A program made the translations under genes and the position numbers. Under the pieces are notes generated by a model. That model was not told the DNA's origin, ran no database searches, and saw nothing but the letters and a program-made list of their open reading frames with translations. From assembly GCA_017465465.1 (NCBI GenBank), contig JAFTWE010000006.1, positions 18,466-82,465 of the forward strand: a DNA stretch of 64,000 nucleotides. Reading direction: 5' to 3'. This stretch comes from Clostridia bacterium (GTDB taxonomy: Bacteria; Bacillota; Clostridia; Oscillospirales; Acutalibacteraceae). Shown here piece after piece: positions 37,589-46,580 of this stretch; positions within the stretch are counted from its first letter, which is position 1, and the number at the start of each line of letters is the position of its first letter.

Positions 37589-39178
37589 ATGGAGAAGAAA
37601 ATGAGCAAGAAAAAAATAGCAATGCTTTGCACTCTCGGAGTTGTGATTCTTGCGTTGCTTGTAGTTGCAATCGGCTATATTGCAGGCTGGTTTGACAAGG
37701 GCTATGATGTTGATGTTGTAACCGTTGCTCAGCGCAATATTACTGCAACCTTTGATACCTCAGGCACGGTTTCTTCAAGTGAAGAGGGCGTGTTCAATGT
37801 TGTTGACGGTATCAAGGTTAAAAAGGTAAATGTTAAGGTCGGCTCAGTTGTTAAAAAGGGTGATGTTCTTGCTGAATTTGATGCAAGCTCGCTTAATTCA
37901 GTTCTGGCTGAAAAGAAATCTGCTTTAGCTGAAGCTCAGAAGGCTTATAAAGAATATCAGTCAAATTCAGCTTCAGCTCAGTCACAGCTTGCCTCATTAA
38001 AAAATCAGGTTGCTCAGGCAGAAAAGGAAGTAGCCGAGCTTGAAAAGCAGGCTCAGCAGGAAAAGAGGGCTGCCGATGAAGAAACCAAACAGCAGGCTCA
38101 GCAGGCCGAAGACAATCTTGCTTCTCTCACAAACGACTCTTCTCTTGCCGGTAAAATTATAGATAATATTGTAAATTCAAGCGAAAGCTTGCAGAGCATT
38201 AAAAATATGCTCGATATGATTTCCTCAATGAACAGCGGCTCAATGGGCGATATGTCAGCTTTAATGGGCAGTATGAGTGCAGGCTCAGCTCAGTATGAGC
38301 TTATGCAGGCTCAGATGGAGCTTGCAACTCTTAAGATGTCACTTATGACAACTGAGGCTCAGGCTAACGGAAGCCTTGAATCTGTTTATAAGTCAGTTTA
38401 TGAGTCAGCTCTTAAGGGCTATAATGAAACCAAATCTACAATCGACACCCTCAATGCAGGCTGGATTGCCGCAGAAGACGGAGTTGTCAGCGAAGTGAAT
38501 ATCACCGAGGGCGAAAAGGTGAAGCTTGAAGCAAAGTCAGCCACATCATCTTTTGATATGACATCAATCATCGGCGCAGTAACCTCCGGCGGAGATATTT
38601 CTTCTCTTGTCAGCGGATTTTTCGCAACCGACAGCGTAGGTATGCGCGTTCAGTATTATCCCCTTGAGGTTTCATTTATGATAAATAAGGGTGACCTTGG
38701 CAGTGTTGCCGTTGGCAAAAAGGTCAATATTGAATCTGAAACAGGCGCAATTCTTGAAGGTGAGGTTTCCTTTGTTGCCGCTGTTGCAAGTGCTTCCACG
38801 GGTATGGATATCAACTCACTTTTAGGCGGTGCAGGCGGCTCAACAGGCGGAATTGAAACCGTCGTAACCATAGATGAGCCTGACAGCGGAATTGTTATCG
38901 GTCTTGATGCGGATGTTTCTATTGAAACAGAAGAAAAGCAGGCTTGCGTAACTGTTCCCGTTGAGTCAATCACTTATGACGACAAGCACGCTTATGTTTT
39001 TGTTTATGACCCGGCTGAAAAAATCATTAAGCAAACAGTTGTAGAAACAGGTATCCTTGACGGAACTTATTATGAAATTCTTTCAGGTGTTGAAAAGGGT
39101 GATATTATTGTCAGAACTCCCGTTTCAACAATGGCAGACGGCGATAAGGTTATTGCCCACAATGTGGACGAAAAATAA
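37589..39178 (+). CDS. HlyD/MacA-type periplasmic adaptor with coiled coil and a Met-rich insert
   Basis: N-terminal TM, biotinyl-lipoyl-like motif (VKKGDVLAEFD), a long coiled coil, and a beta-barrel C-terminus. It is followed by a MacB-type permease and ATPase. Confidence 0.7.
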   Translation: MEKKMSKKKIAMLCTLGVVILALLVVAIGYIAGWFDKGYDVDVVTVAQRNITATFDTSGTVSSSEEGVFNVVDGIKVKKVNVKVGSVVKKGDVLAEFDASSLNSVLAEKKSALAEAQKAYKEYQSNSASAQSQLASLKNQVAQAEKEVAELEKQAQQEKRAADEETKQQAQQAEDNLASLTNDSSLAGKIIDNIVNSSESLQSIKNMLDMISSMNSGSMGDMSALMGSMSAGSAQYELMQAQMELATLKMSLMTTEAQANGSLESVYKSVYESALKGYNETKSTIDTLNAGWIAAEDGVVSEVNITEGEKVKLEAKSATSSFDMTSIIGAVTSGGDISSLVSGFFATDSVGMRVQYYPLEVSFMINKGDLGSVAVGKKVNIESETGAILEGEVSFVAAVASASTGMDINSLLGGAGGSTGGIETVVTIDEPDSGIVIGLDADVSIETEEKQACVTVPVESITYDDKHAYVFVYDPAEKIIKQTVVETGILDGTYYEILSGVEKGDIIVRTPVSTMADGDKVIAHNVDEK

Positions 39179-39192
39179 GCGGAGGAATTACC

Positions 39193-40452
39193 GTGAGTAT
39201 ATGGGAAAACATTAAAATAGCGGTTTACAGTATCCGCACCAATATGATGCGTTCATTGCTTACAATGCTCGGTATTATCATTGGTGTTGCCGCTGTTATT
39301 GCCATTATCACTGTGGGTAACGGCGGAAGAGATTTCATCGTTGATATGATGAGCGATATGAGCTCGGGCGCGGTTACGGTTAATGTATCAACCGATGCGG
39401 CTCAGTCTGAAAAAATCACTTCCGAAGATATTGAGGCTCTCAAAAATCTCGATGCAATTAAATATGCCACTCCTATGGACTATAAAATCGGCTCGGCCAT
39501 AATCGACGATGAGCCGTCAATGTGCATTGCCCTTTCAGGTAACGAGGATTTGTCTAAGGTTATGAACATAACAATGAGAAGAGGTCGATTTTTTACCGCG
39601 GAAGAGAGTGAAAACGGTGCTAATGTGTGCGTAATTACCGAGCTTACCGCTTATATGGTTTTTGGTGATTTGGATTGCATAGGTGAATATATCAATTACT
39701 CTCTTAATGAAAAAAGTGTCAGACTTCGCATTATCGGTATCACCAATGCCGACCTTACCGCAAGCACATCTTCCACTGCTTCAATGTCAAATGTGATGAG
39801 CTCAGATATGATGCAGAATAACCCTATGATGTCATCGGGTGTTGCAATGTCAATGGTTATTACCCCCATAAGCGTTACTGACTCATTGGGCGGAACCACC
39901 TCTTATTCAACCCTTTATGTTATGGCCGCTGACCAGGAGCAGGCAGACACAATCGGTAATGTGGTTAAAAACATTCTTTATGCACGCCACGGCAACTTCG
40001 GCTCAAACACATATTCTGCAATGAATATGGAAAATCTTACCGAAATGGTTGATAAAATCGTTAATGTGTTCACCACCTTTGTTGCAGGCATCAGTGCAAT
40101 CGCTCTTGTTGTAGGCGGTATAGGTGTTATGAATATTATGCTCGTTTCTGTTACTGAAAGAACAAGAGAAATCGGTATCAGAAAGGCTTTGGGCGCCAAA
40201 ACCTCAACAATTATGTTCCAATTCCTCACCGAGTCTATTATCCTTTGCGTAATCGGCGGTATAGTGGGTCTTATCCTCGGTGTCGGTATGGCGGCGGTGG
40301 TTGCCGATGTGGCAGGTATTGCGATTAAGGTTGAGGTTTCAACCATAGCTATTGCTGTAGGCTTTGCAAGTGCCGTTGGTATTTTCTTCGGCATTTACCC
40401 TGCAAGAAAAGCGGCAAAGATGTTGCCTATTGAAGCTTTGAGGAGGGATTAA
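39193..40452 (+). CDS. MacB/FtsX-type ABC permease
   Basis: GTG start 7 nt after GGAGG. It has a MacB-PCD-like extracytoplasmic domain. The C-terminal FtsX domain carries the ERTREIGIRKALGA motif. Confidence 0.8.
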   Translation: MSIWENIKIAVYSIRTNMMRSLLTMLGIIIGVAAVIAIITVGNGGRDFIVDMMSDMSSGAVTVNVSTDAAQSEKITSEDIEALKNLDAIKYATPMDYKIGSAIIDDEPSMCIALSGNEDLSKVMNITMRRGRFFTAEESENGANVCVITELTAYMVFGDLDCIGEYINYSLNEKSVRLRIIGITNADLTASTSSTASMSNVMSSDMMQNNPMMSSGVAMSMVITPISVTDSLGGTTSYSTLYVMAADQEQADTIGNVVKNILYARHGNFGSNTYSAMNMENLTEMVDKIVNVFTTFVAGISAIALVVGGIGVMNIMLVSVTERTREIGIRKALGAKTSTIMFQFLTESIILCVIGGIVGLILGVGMAAVVADVAGIAIKVEVSTIAIAVGFASAVGIFFGIYPARKAAKMLPIEALRRD

Positions 40453-40453
40453 A

Positions 40454-41137
40454 ATGAGCCTTATAGATGTTCGTGATGTTTATAAAATTTATAATCCCGG
40501 TGAAAATGAAGTAAGAGCCTTGGACGGTGTAAGCCTTAAAATTGAAAAAGGCGAATTCGTTGCAATTATCGGTCAGTCAGGCTCAGGTAAATCCACCCTT
40601 ATGAATATGCTCGGCCTTCTTGATGTGAGCACATCGGGTGAATATTATATGGACGGCATAGATGTTTCTCACATGACTGATGATGAGCTTTCTCAAATCC
40701 GCAATGAAAAAATCGGCTTTATTTTTCAGGGCTTTAACTTAATTTCAAGCCTTACGGCCAAAGGAAATGTTGAGCTTCCGCTGGTTTACAGAGGTATGAA
40801 AAAAGCAAAGCGTGAGGAGCTTTCCAAAAACGCTTTGGAAATGGTGGGCCTTGAAAAGAGAATGTATCATCGCCCTGCGCAGATGTCCGGCGGTCAGCAG
40901 CAGAGGGTTGCCATTGCAAGGGCTATTGCCGCAAGGCCCCCCATAATTCTTGCCGACGAGCCGACGGGCAACCTTGACTCTCATTCAGGCAAGGATGTTA
41001 TGAAAATAATTCATCAGCTTCACGAAGAGGGAAGAACGGTTATTCTCATCACTCACGATAATGATATTGCCGCCGAAGCACAGCGTGTTATCAGAATTCA
41101 GGACGGTAAAATAGTTGACGATTATTTTAATAAGTAA
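40454..41137 (+). CDS. ABC transporter ATP-binding protein (MacB/LolD type)
   Basis: Walker A GQSGSGKST, signature SGGQQQRV, Walker B ILADEPTGNLD. Confidence 0.9.
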   Translation: MSLIDVRDVYKIYNPGENEVRALDGVSLKIEKGEFVAIIGQSGSGKSTLMNMLGLLDVSTSGEYYMDGIDVSHMTDDELSQIRNEKIGFIFQGFNLISSLTAKGNVELPLVYRGMKKAKREELSKNALEMVGLEKRMYHRPAQMSGGQQQRVAIARAIAARPPIILADEPTGNLDSHSGKDVMKIIHQLHEEGRTVILITHDNDIAAEAQRVIRIQDGKIVDDYFNK

Positions 41138-41144
41138 TATAATA

Positions 41145-41173
41145 ACACCGACCGTTTTCGGTCGGTGTTTTTT
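41145..41173 (+). terminator. Intrinsic terminator
   Basis: ACACCGACCG TTTT CGGTCGGTGT followed by TTTTT. Confidence 0.7.
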
Positions 41174-41185
41174 GGAGGTAAAATT

Positions 41186-41653
41186 ATGGAAATCAGACGA
41201 GCTTGTGAAAAAGATATGGACGGCATAAATTCTCTTCTTCATCAGGTGCTTACGGTGCATCACAACGGCAGACCGGATATTTTTAAACCTAATGCAAAAA
41301 AATATACTGATGAAGAGCTCAAAGAAATTCTCGCAGATGATTTGAAGCCGATTTTTGTAGCCGTTGAAGGTGAAAGCGTGATGGGATACGCTTTTTGCGT
41401 TTTTCAGCAGCATATTGATAATAATATTCTCACCGATATTAAAACCCTTTATATAGATGATTTGTGTGTTGACGAAAATCTTCGCGGCAGGCATATCGGC
41501 AAAAGTCTTTATGATTTTGTGGTTGATTTTGCCAAAGAAAGCGGTTGCTACAATGTTACCCTTAATGTGTGGTCTTGCAACGAAAGCGCAATGAAATTTT
41601 ATGAAAAGTGCGGTCTTAAACCGCAAAAAGTAGGTATGGAAGTTATTTTATGA
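41186..41653 (+). CDS. GNAT-family N-acetyltransferase
   Basis: GGAGG RBS before ATG 41186; acetyl-CoA motif LRGRHIGKSL. Confidence 0.8.
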   Translation: MEIRRACEKDMDGINSLLHQVLTVHHNGRPDIFKPNAKKYTDEELKEILADDLKPIFVAVEGESVMGYAFCVFQQHIDNNILTDIKTLYIDDLCVDENLRGRHIGKSLYDFVVDFAKESGCYNVTLNVWSCNESAMKFYEKCGLKPQKVGMEVIL

Positions 41654-42291
41654 CAGATTTTAAATGTGCAATTTTTGACCTTGACGGCACCGTTCTTGAT
41701 TCTGCCGATGTATGGAATCAGATTGATATTGAGTTTTTTGCACAAAGAGGAATGGCTATGCCTGAGGATTACGGCAAAATAATTTCACCTATGGGCTTTC
41801 AGCGTGCGGCGGAATACACAGTTGCAACCTACGGGCTTAGTGAAACTCCTCAAGAAGTGGTTGCCGTGTGGAACAAAATGTCCCGCGAAAAATTCAAAAA
41901 TGAGGTAAAGCTCAAGCCCGGTGCAAAAGAATATCTGGAGCATCTCAAAAGCAGGGGAGTTGTGCTTTGCATAGCTACCGCATCTCAGGAGGATATGTTT
42001 ATCCCTGCTCTTGAAAACAACGGAATTTATCACCTTTTTGATTATATAACTACCCTCAATGAGGTCAAAAGGGGAAAAGGATTTCCCGATATATATTTGA
42101 AAGCTTCGCAAAAAGCAGGCTTTGAGGTAAAGGATTGTGTAGTTTTTGAAGATTTGCTTGCTGGTATCAAAGGCGCAAAAGACGGCGGATTTTATACCGT
42201 TGCAATGTATGATAAAAATTCAAAAAAAGATATTGAAAAAATTAAAAATATAACCGACAAGCTGATTTACAGCTTTGAAGAATTGATTTAA
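41650..42291 (+). CDS. HAD-IA hydrolase (beta-phosphoglucomutase/phosphatase-like)
   Basis: FDLDGTVLDS motif I and a late FEDLLAGIKGAKDGG motif; 4-nt overlap with the GNAT gene. Confidence 0.8.
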   Translation: MTDFKCAIFDLDGTVLDSADVWNQIDIEFFAQRGMAMPEDYGKIISPMGFQRAAEYTVATYGLSETPQEVVAVWNKMSREKFKNEVKLKPGAKEYLEHLKSRGVVLCIATASQEDMFIPALENNGIYHLFDYITTLNEVKRGKGFPDIYLKASQKAGFEVKDCVVFEDLLAGIKGAKDGGFYTVAMYDKNSKKDIEKIKNITDKLIYSFEELI

Positions 42292-42295
42292 AAAA

Positions 42296-42324
42296 AGGCG
42301 GATGTTTTTTCATCCGTCTTTTTC
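42296..42324 (+). terminator. Intrinsic terminator
   Basis: AGGCGGATG TTTTTT CATCCGTCT followed by TTTTT. Confidence 0.7.
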
Positions 42325-42356
42325 CTGTAATAAAACAAAAATCAAGTCAAAAAATA

Positions 42357-42731
42357 TTGTTGAAAAAGGTGATTGACTTGAATTATGTTTTAGCATTTGT
42401 AATTGGCGGCCTGATTTGTGTGGTCGGTCAGATTTTAATTGATAAAACAGGGCTGACCCCTGCAAAAATCCTTGTTGCATTTGTTGTGCTGGGCGTAGTG
42501 TTGCAGGGTGTGGGGCTTTATCAGCCTCTTGTGGATTTGGCAGGTGCAGGCGCAACCGTACCGCTTACAGGCTTTGGCTACACCCTTGCAAGGGGAACAG
42601 CCAAGGCAGTTGGTGAGCAAGGGCTGCTTGGTGCTCTGACGGGTCCTCTTACCGCAGGTGCGGCAGGAATAACAACTGCGCTGCTGAGCGGATTTGTGAT
42701 TTCTTTTATAACAGGCTCAAAGGATAAATAA
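42357..42731 (+). CDS. spoVAE: Stage V sporulation protein AE (SpoVAEB-type), solitary
   Basis: FVIGGLICVVGQILID and VPLTGFG motifs. The real start may be TTG 42378, 7 nt after AAGGTG, which gives about 117 aa. Confidence 0.75.
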   Translation: MLKKVIDLNYVLAFVIGGLICVVGQILIDKTGLTPAKILVAFVVLGVVLQGVGLYQPLVDLAGAGATVPLTGFGYTLARGTAKAVGEQGLLGALTGPLTAGAAGITTALLSGFVISFITGSKDK

Positions 42732-42732
42732 A

Positions 42733-42760
42733 AAGAGCCGTTTCAGTTGAAACAGCTCTT
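42733..42760. terminator. Bidirectional hairpin
   Basis: AAGAGCCGTTTCA GT TGAAACAGCTCTT (one bulge), between convergent genes. Confidence 0.5.
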
Positions 42761-42772
42761 TGTCGGTTAAAT

Positions 42773-42994
42773 TTAAGCTTCTGCAGGTGCGTCAGCAACT
42801 GGAACTTCGGGAGCAACGATTGGCTCTGCGTCGTTCTCAAAGCATGAGCATGAAACATAGTCGCATTTATCATCTTCAGCGGCTTTGCATTTGGGGCAGA
42901 ACTTTTTAACAAGCATATAAATTGCAACGGCAACGCCTGCGATAGCGGCGATGATGCCTACAATTTTGAGAATCTTTTTAATTGTATCACACAT
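42773..42994 (-). CDS. Small membrane-anchored Cys-rich protein (73 aa), function unknown
   Basis: GGAGGAAA RBS. One TM (IVGIIAAIAGVAVAIYML) is followed by CPKC...C..C.C and an acidic Pro/Ala tail. Confidence 0.45.
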   Translation of the reverse strand: MCDTIKKILKIVGIIAAIAGVAVAIYMLVKKFCPKCKAAEDDKCDYVSCSCFENDAEPIVAPEVPVADAPAEA

Positions 42995-43080
42995 AGGAAT
43001 TTCCTCCTTAAAGTAGTGTAATCATTATATTACAAAGCCTATATAAAGTCAAGCAAAACGGTTAAATTTTACATTTTGGC

Positions 43081-43107
43081 AAAACAAAAGGGCGGAAAAC
43101 TCCGCCC
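43081..43107 (-). terminator. Intrinsic terminator after rpsT
   Basis: On the minus strand, GGGCGGA GTTT TCCGCCC followed by TTTTGTTTT. Confidence 0.65.
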
Positions 43108-43121
43108 GTAATGTTTATTGA

Positions 43122-43376
43122 TTAGCCATTGATAAGCTTTGCAAGAGCTGACTTCTTTCTGGCAGCGTTGTTCTTATGAATAAGACCTTTTGCAGCAGCC
43201 TGGTCAACCTTTTTGATTGCGAACTTAACTGCAGCCTCTTTGTCTGCTGCGTTATTCTCAACAGCAACATGAGCCTTTTTAATAGCAGTTTTCAATGCTG
43301 TGTTAGCTGACTTGTTACGAGCAGCCTTTGTTTTGTTAACGAGTACGCGTTTTTTAGCTGATTTAATGTTGGGCAT
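43122..43376 (-). CDS. rpsT: 30S ribosomal protein S20
   Basis: The start MPNIKSAKKRV is diagnostic; 84 aa; AAGGAGG RBS. Confidence 0.9.
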   Translation of the reverse strand: MPNIKSAKKRVLVNKTKAARNKSANTALKTAIKKAHVAVENNAADKEAAVKFAIKKVDQAAAKGLIHKNNAARKKSALAKLING

Positions 43377-43540
43377 AATTGCACCTCCTTTAGTTCTTTA
43401 CACAGTTACAAATAATAACATATTTTAATGCAAATTGCAAGATTTTTTCGAAAAAATATGAAACTTTTTCAAATTGCAATTTATGATACTATATCTTTTA
43501 ACAAAAATCAAGTATTTTCTATATAAAAAGGAGCAGTTTT

Positions 43541-44401
43541 GTGGATTTTCGTACCGACCTTGCCATAGAAATAAGAGAATCTTTGCCACAGAAGACCCCC
43601 GACGGCATTAAAACCGCCACTTTTCAAAAAAACGGCGCAAAGGTTACAAAAATTAAAATAACAAATCAAAACGGTGCAGAGGTTATCGGTAAGCCCATTG
43701 GCACATATATTACGGCCGAAATCCCCAATCTTACCAAATACAGTTGCACAGATGATGAAATTCTTTCAATGCTCGGTGAGCTGTTAAGCGAGCTTTTGCC
43801 AAAAGACGGAACAGTGCTAACAGTGGGGCTTGGTAATGAAAATATAACTCCCGACGCATTAGGCCCTTTGAGTTGTTCAATGATTCTTGCAACACGCCAT
43901 ATAAGCGGTGAGCTTGCCAAAAGCGTGGGGCTCGACGGACTCAGACCGTCTGCTGTGCAGTCGCCGGGAGTTCTCGGGCAAACAGGTGTTGAATCTGCAG
44001 AAATTATAAAAGGCATTGTCAAGCAGATAAATCCGTCTGCGGTAATTGTGATTGATGCCCTTGCCGCGCGTAAGCTCTCAAGGCTCGGTTGTACTGTTCA
44101 GATGTCTGATACAGGAATTATTCCCGGCTCAGGTGTCGGCAATTCAAGGGCTGAAATCAGCAAAAAAACCTTGGGCGTTCCCGTTATTTCAATCGGTGTA
44201 CCTACTGTGGTGGATGCTAAAACCCTGATTCACGGAATTATGGGTGAGGATACACCGTTGAAAGAAGAAAATCAAAATATGATAATAACTCCGCGAGAAA
44301 TCGACCTTGTAATTGACAGGGCGGCAAGGCTTGTGGGTATGGCTGTTAACAGAGCGTTACAGCCTCATATATCAACAGAAGAAATTTTAATGCTGTTGTA
44401 G
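43541..44401 (+). CDS. gpr: Germination protease (GPR endopeptidase)
   Basis: GTG start 8 nt after AAAGGAG. The N-terminus DFRTDLAIE and the GLGN..TPDALGP motif are typical of Gpr. Confidence 0.85.
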   Translation: MDFRTDLAIEIRESLPQKTPDGIKTATFQKNGAKVTKIKITNQNGAEVIGKPIGTYITAEIPNLTKYSCTDDEILSMLGELLSELLPKDGTVLTVGLGNENITPDALGPLSCSMILATRHISGELAKSVGLDGLRPSAVQSPGVLGQTGVESAEIIKGIVKQINPSAVIVIDALAARKLSRLGCTVQMSDTGIIPGSGVGNSRAEISKKTLGVPVISIGVPTVVDAKTLIHGIMGEDTPLKEENQNMIITPREIDLVIDRAARLVGMAVNRALQPHISTEEILMLL

Positions 44402-44410
44402 GAGGTAATT

Positions 44411-44857
44411 ATGTCAGTTTCAAAAAACGAATACGATAAAATGGCTAAAGCCGCATCACCCGATTCTCCGATAGTTTTGAATTGTATCAAAGCCTTTCTT
44501 TTCGGCGGAGGAATCTGTTGCTTTGGTGAGCTTCTTTTTTATCTTTACGGATTAACAAATCTGAATAGCGACCAAATTAAAATTCTCGTTCCCATAACCA
44601 TTATTGTAATTACTGCAATAATAACCGCTTTTGGTGTGTTTGATAACATTGCCCGCCACGCAGGCGCAGGAACAATAGTACCGATAACGGGCTTTGCAAA
44701 TTCCGTTGTGTGCTCAGCAATGGAGTTTAAAAACCAAGGTAAAATTATGGGCGTTGGCGCAAATATTTTTTCTATTGCAGGCCCGGTTATTCTTTTTGGC
44801 ACTGCGGCGGCAACTGTATACGGCGTAATTTATTGGGTATTTTTAAGGGTGCTTTAA
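44411..44857 (+). CDS. spoVAC: Stage V sporulation protein AC
   Basis: 148 aa; GGICCFGE and VPITGFANS motifs; GGAGG RBS. Confidence 0.85.
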   Translation: MSVSKNEYDKMAKAASPDSPIVLNCIKAFLFGGGICCFGELLFYLYGLTNLNSDQIKILVPITIIVITAIITAFGVFDNIARHAGAGTIVPITGFANSVVCSAMEFKNQGKIMGVGANIFSIAGPVILFGTAAATVYGVIYWVFLRVL

Positions 44858-45499
44858 ATGAATAACAGAATAATAACATTAAAGAATCAGCCGCGTATTC
44901 TGAGCTTTGCCGCTGTTGCAGGCAAAAAAGAGGCAGAAGGTCCGCTGTTTAACCTTTTTGATGAAGTGTATGAAGACACTAAAATGGGGCAGGAATCCTG
45001 GGAAAAAGCAGAAAGCCTTTTACAAAAAAATGCAGTTAAAATGGCATTGCAAAAGGGCAATCTTCAGCAATTGGATATAGATATTATTTTTGCGGGAGAT
45101 TTGCTTAATCAATGCACAGGCTCCAGCTTTGGCATAAAGGATTTTGATATTCCTTATGCAGGCGTTTACGGAGCTTGCTCTACAATGGCACTGTCTCTCT
45201 GTATGGCGGCAATGAGCGTGGATTCAGGCCACTGTAATACAGCGCTTGCGGTCACTTCGTCACACTTCTGCTCTGCAGAAAAACAATTCAGAAAGCCCCT
45301 TGAATACGGCGGTCAGCGCCCTCCCGCGGCGCAATGGACGGTGACAGGCTCAGGGTGTGTAGCGGTCAGCAAAAATGCTCACAAAAACGCACCTAAAATA
45401 GAAAAGCTTGTTATCGGTAAAATCCGCGACCTTGGCATAACCGACGCAAATAATATGGGTGCCGCCATGGCTCCTGTAGATGTTAAAATAGAACCATAA
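44858..45499 (+). pseudogene. spoVAD: spoVAD, 3'-truncated (213 codons versus about 335-340 expected)
   Basis: It is colinear with B. subtilis SpoVAD (from memory) through GDLLNQ, GACST and DLGITD..MGAAMAP. It then diverges (VDVKIEP-stop) at about 45476-45485. The thiolase-like C-terminal third is missing. Confidence 0.65.
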
Positions 45500-45712
45500 A
45501 TTAAGCGAAAAGCAACACAAAATCTTACACAAATTTCGACATGAAAGGTGGTGAAAAATCCCTATTTTACTGGGGTACGGGCATTTTAGAACTCACAAAT
45601 TTGAAGATGAAGCAATCAAAAAAAACTGCTCATTCATAATTTGTTTACAATTAGTTTTTGACACAAAAATCAGCACTATTATTACAATTAAAAAAAAGAA
45701 AGGATGACTCAA

Positions 45713-46066
45713 ATGAAAATTACATACCGTGAAGTAAACGGTTATCTTATTCCAAATCTCAAACTGCCACCTGAAGAGGCAAGTGTTAGACTCGGCAAAT
45801 GGGGAATGATGTATAAAGATTATCTTCAAAAGAATAAGAAGGGATTTTTCAATACGCTGCTTATACAAGGTAAACTGTATCAGCACTGTGCCGTGGTTGA
45901 AAAGCAGGCAAAGGAAATGTTTGAGCTTTTGATTGAGCAGATGAAAGAGACTGAAGGTGTTACCGAGCAACTGAAAGAGGAAAATCAAATGGAATGGGTA
46001 TGCCGTATGCAAAATATTGAAGCAATAGCAAGGGAGATTGTGTGCGAAGAAATAATATATATCTAA
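45713..46066 (+). CDS. tnpV: TnpV-family small protein (Tn4451-type accessory gene)
   Basis: AGGA RBS 8 nt before ATG 45713. MKITYREVNGYLIPNLKLP...GVTEQLK...QMEWV...IYI matches my memory of TnpV proteins from clostridial conjugative/mobilisable transposons. Confidence 0.6.
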   Translation: MKITYREVNGYLIPNLKLPPEEASVRLGKWGMMYKDYLQKNKKGFFNTLLIQGKLYQHCAVVEKQAKEMFELLIEQMKETEGVTEQLKEENQMEWVCRMQNIEAIAREIVCEEIIYI

Positions 46067-46089
46067 TTTAACAATATTATCTATAAGAA

Positions 46090-46127
46090 AAAGAGAAGCT
46101 TTTTAAGGTGAGCTTCTCTTTTTCGAT
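46090..46127 (+). terminator. Intrinsic terminator after tnpV
   Basis: AAGAGAAGCT / AGCTTCTCTT stem followed by TTTCGATTTC. Confidence 0.6.
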
Positions 46128-46284
46128 TTCTTATTTACCGTTTATACAAAAGATTTTTGTTATAGTGCCTTTTTTAGGGTTGTATACTCTGCATCGCAAC
46201 AAATGTCTTCCCACATACGATAGGTCTCTTTTAAAAGAAAAAATACCATCGTTTTCTTCTTTGCCTTAAAAGCACAAAAAGCCA

Positions 46285-46506
46285 TTGTTTAACTCACTGC
46301 TTATAAAAGGCAAACTTTATCAGCACTGTGCTGAAATTGAAAATCAGGCAAGGAATATGTTTGATACTATCATTGAGCAGATGAAAGTAAGTGAAGCTGT
46401 TACTGAGGAATTGAAAGAGCAAAAACAATGGGAGTGGGTGCAGATAATGGGCAACATTCAGCAACAAGCAAGAGAGATTGTACTTGATGAACTGATATAC
46501 AAATAA
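46285..46506 (+). pseudogene. 5'-truncated second tnpV copy
   Basis: FNSLLIKGKLYQHCAEIENQA... aligns with residues about 47-117 of the upstream TnpV (FNTLLIQGKLYQHCAVVEKQA...). It lacks the N-terminal 46 codons and an RBS. Confidence 0.55.
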
Positions 46507-46532
46507 AAAACAGATAGGCATTTGAATATTGT

Positions 46533-46580
46533 ATAGCAACAGCACGACTTTCAAGAAACTATAAGCCGTGCTGTTGCTAT
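46533..46580. terminator. Strong hairpin between truncated tnpV and the end of the ANTAR gene
   Basis: Perfect 14-bp stem ATAGCAACAGCACG / CGTGCTGTTGCTAT with a 20-nt loop. The 3' arm abuts the stop codon of the minus-strand gene. Confidence 0.5.

Larger units (their letters stand above)
45480..46510. mobile_element. Remnant of mobile-element DNA (tnpV plus truncated tnpV) at the junction of two compositional domains
   Basis: It begins where spoVAD homology ends. It contains one intact and one 5'-deleted TnpV-family gene. I saw no recombinase gene and no inverted repeats. Confidence 0.4.

Noticed and set aside
40985-41626. 213-aa minus-strand ORF spanning the ABC ATPase 3' end and the GNAT gene
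   Set aside because: It crosses an intrinsic terminator and two well-supported plus-strand genes. Its composition is Phe/Ile/Asn/Lys-rich, as expected from AT-rich antisense sequence.
42357-45499. Idea that the solitary spoVAE is the displaced downstream partner of the truncated spoVAD, moved by a local inversion or rearrangement
   Set aside because: spoVAE is on the same strand, is preceded by a terminator, and has no spoVAD 3' coding remnant upstream. Nothing in the window documents a rearrangement, so this stays as an open note under the junction finding.
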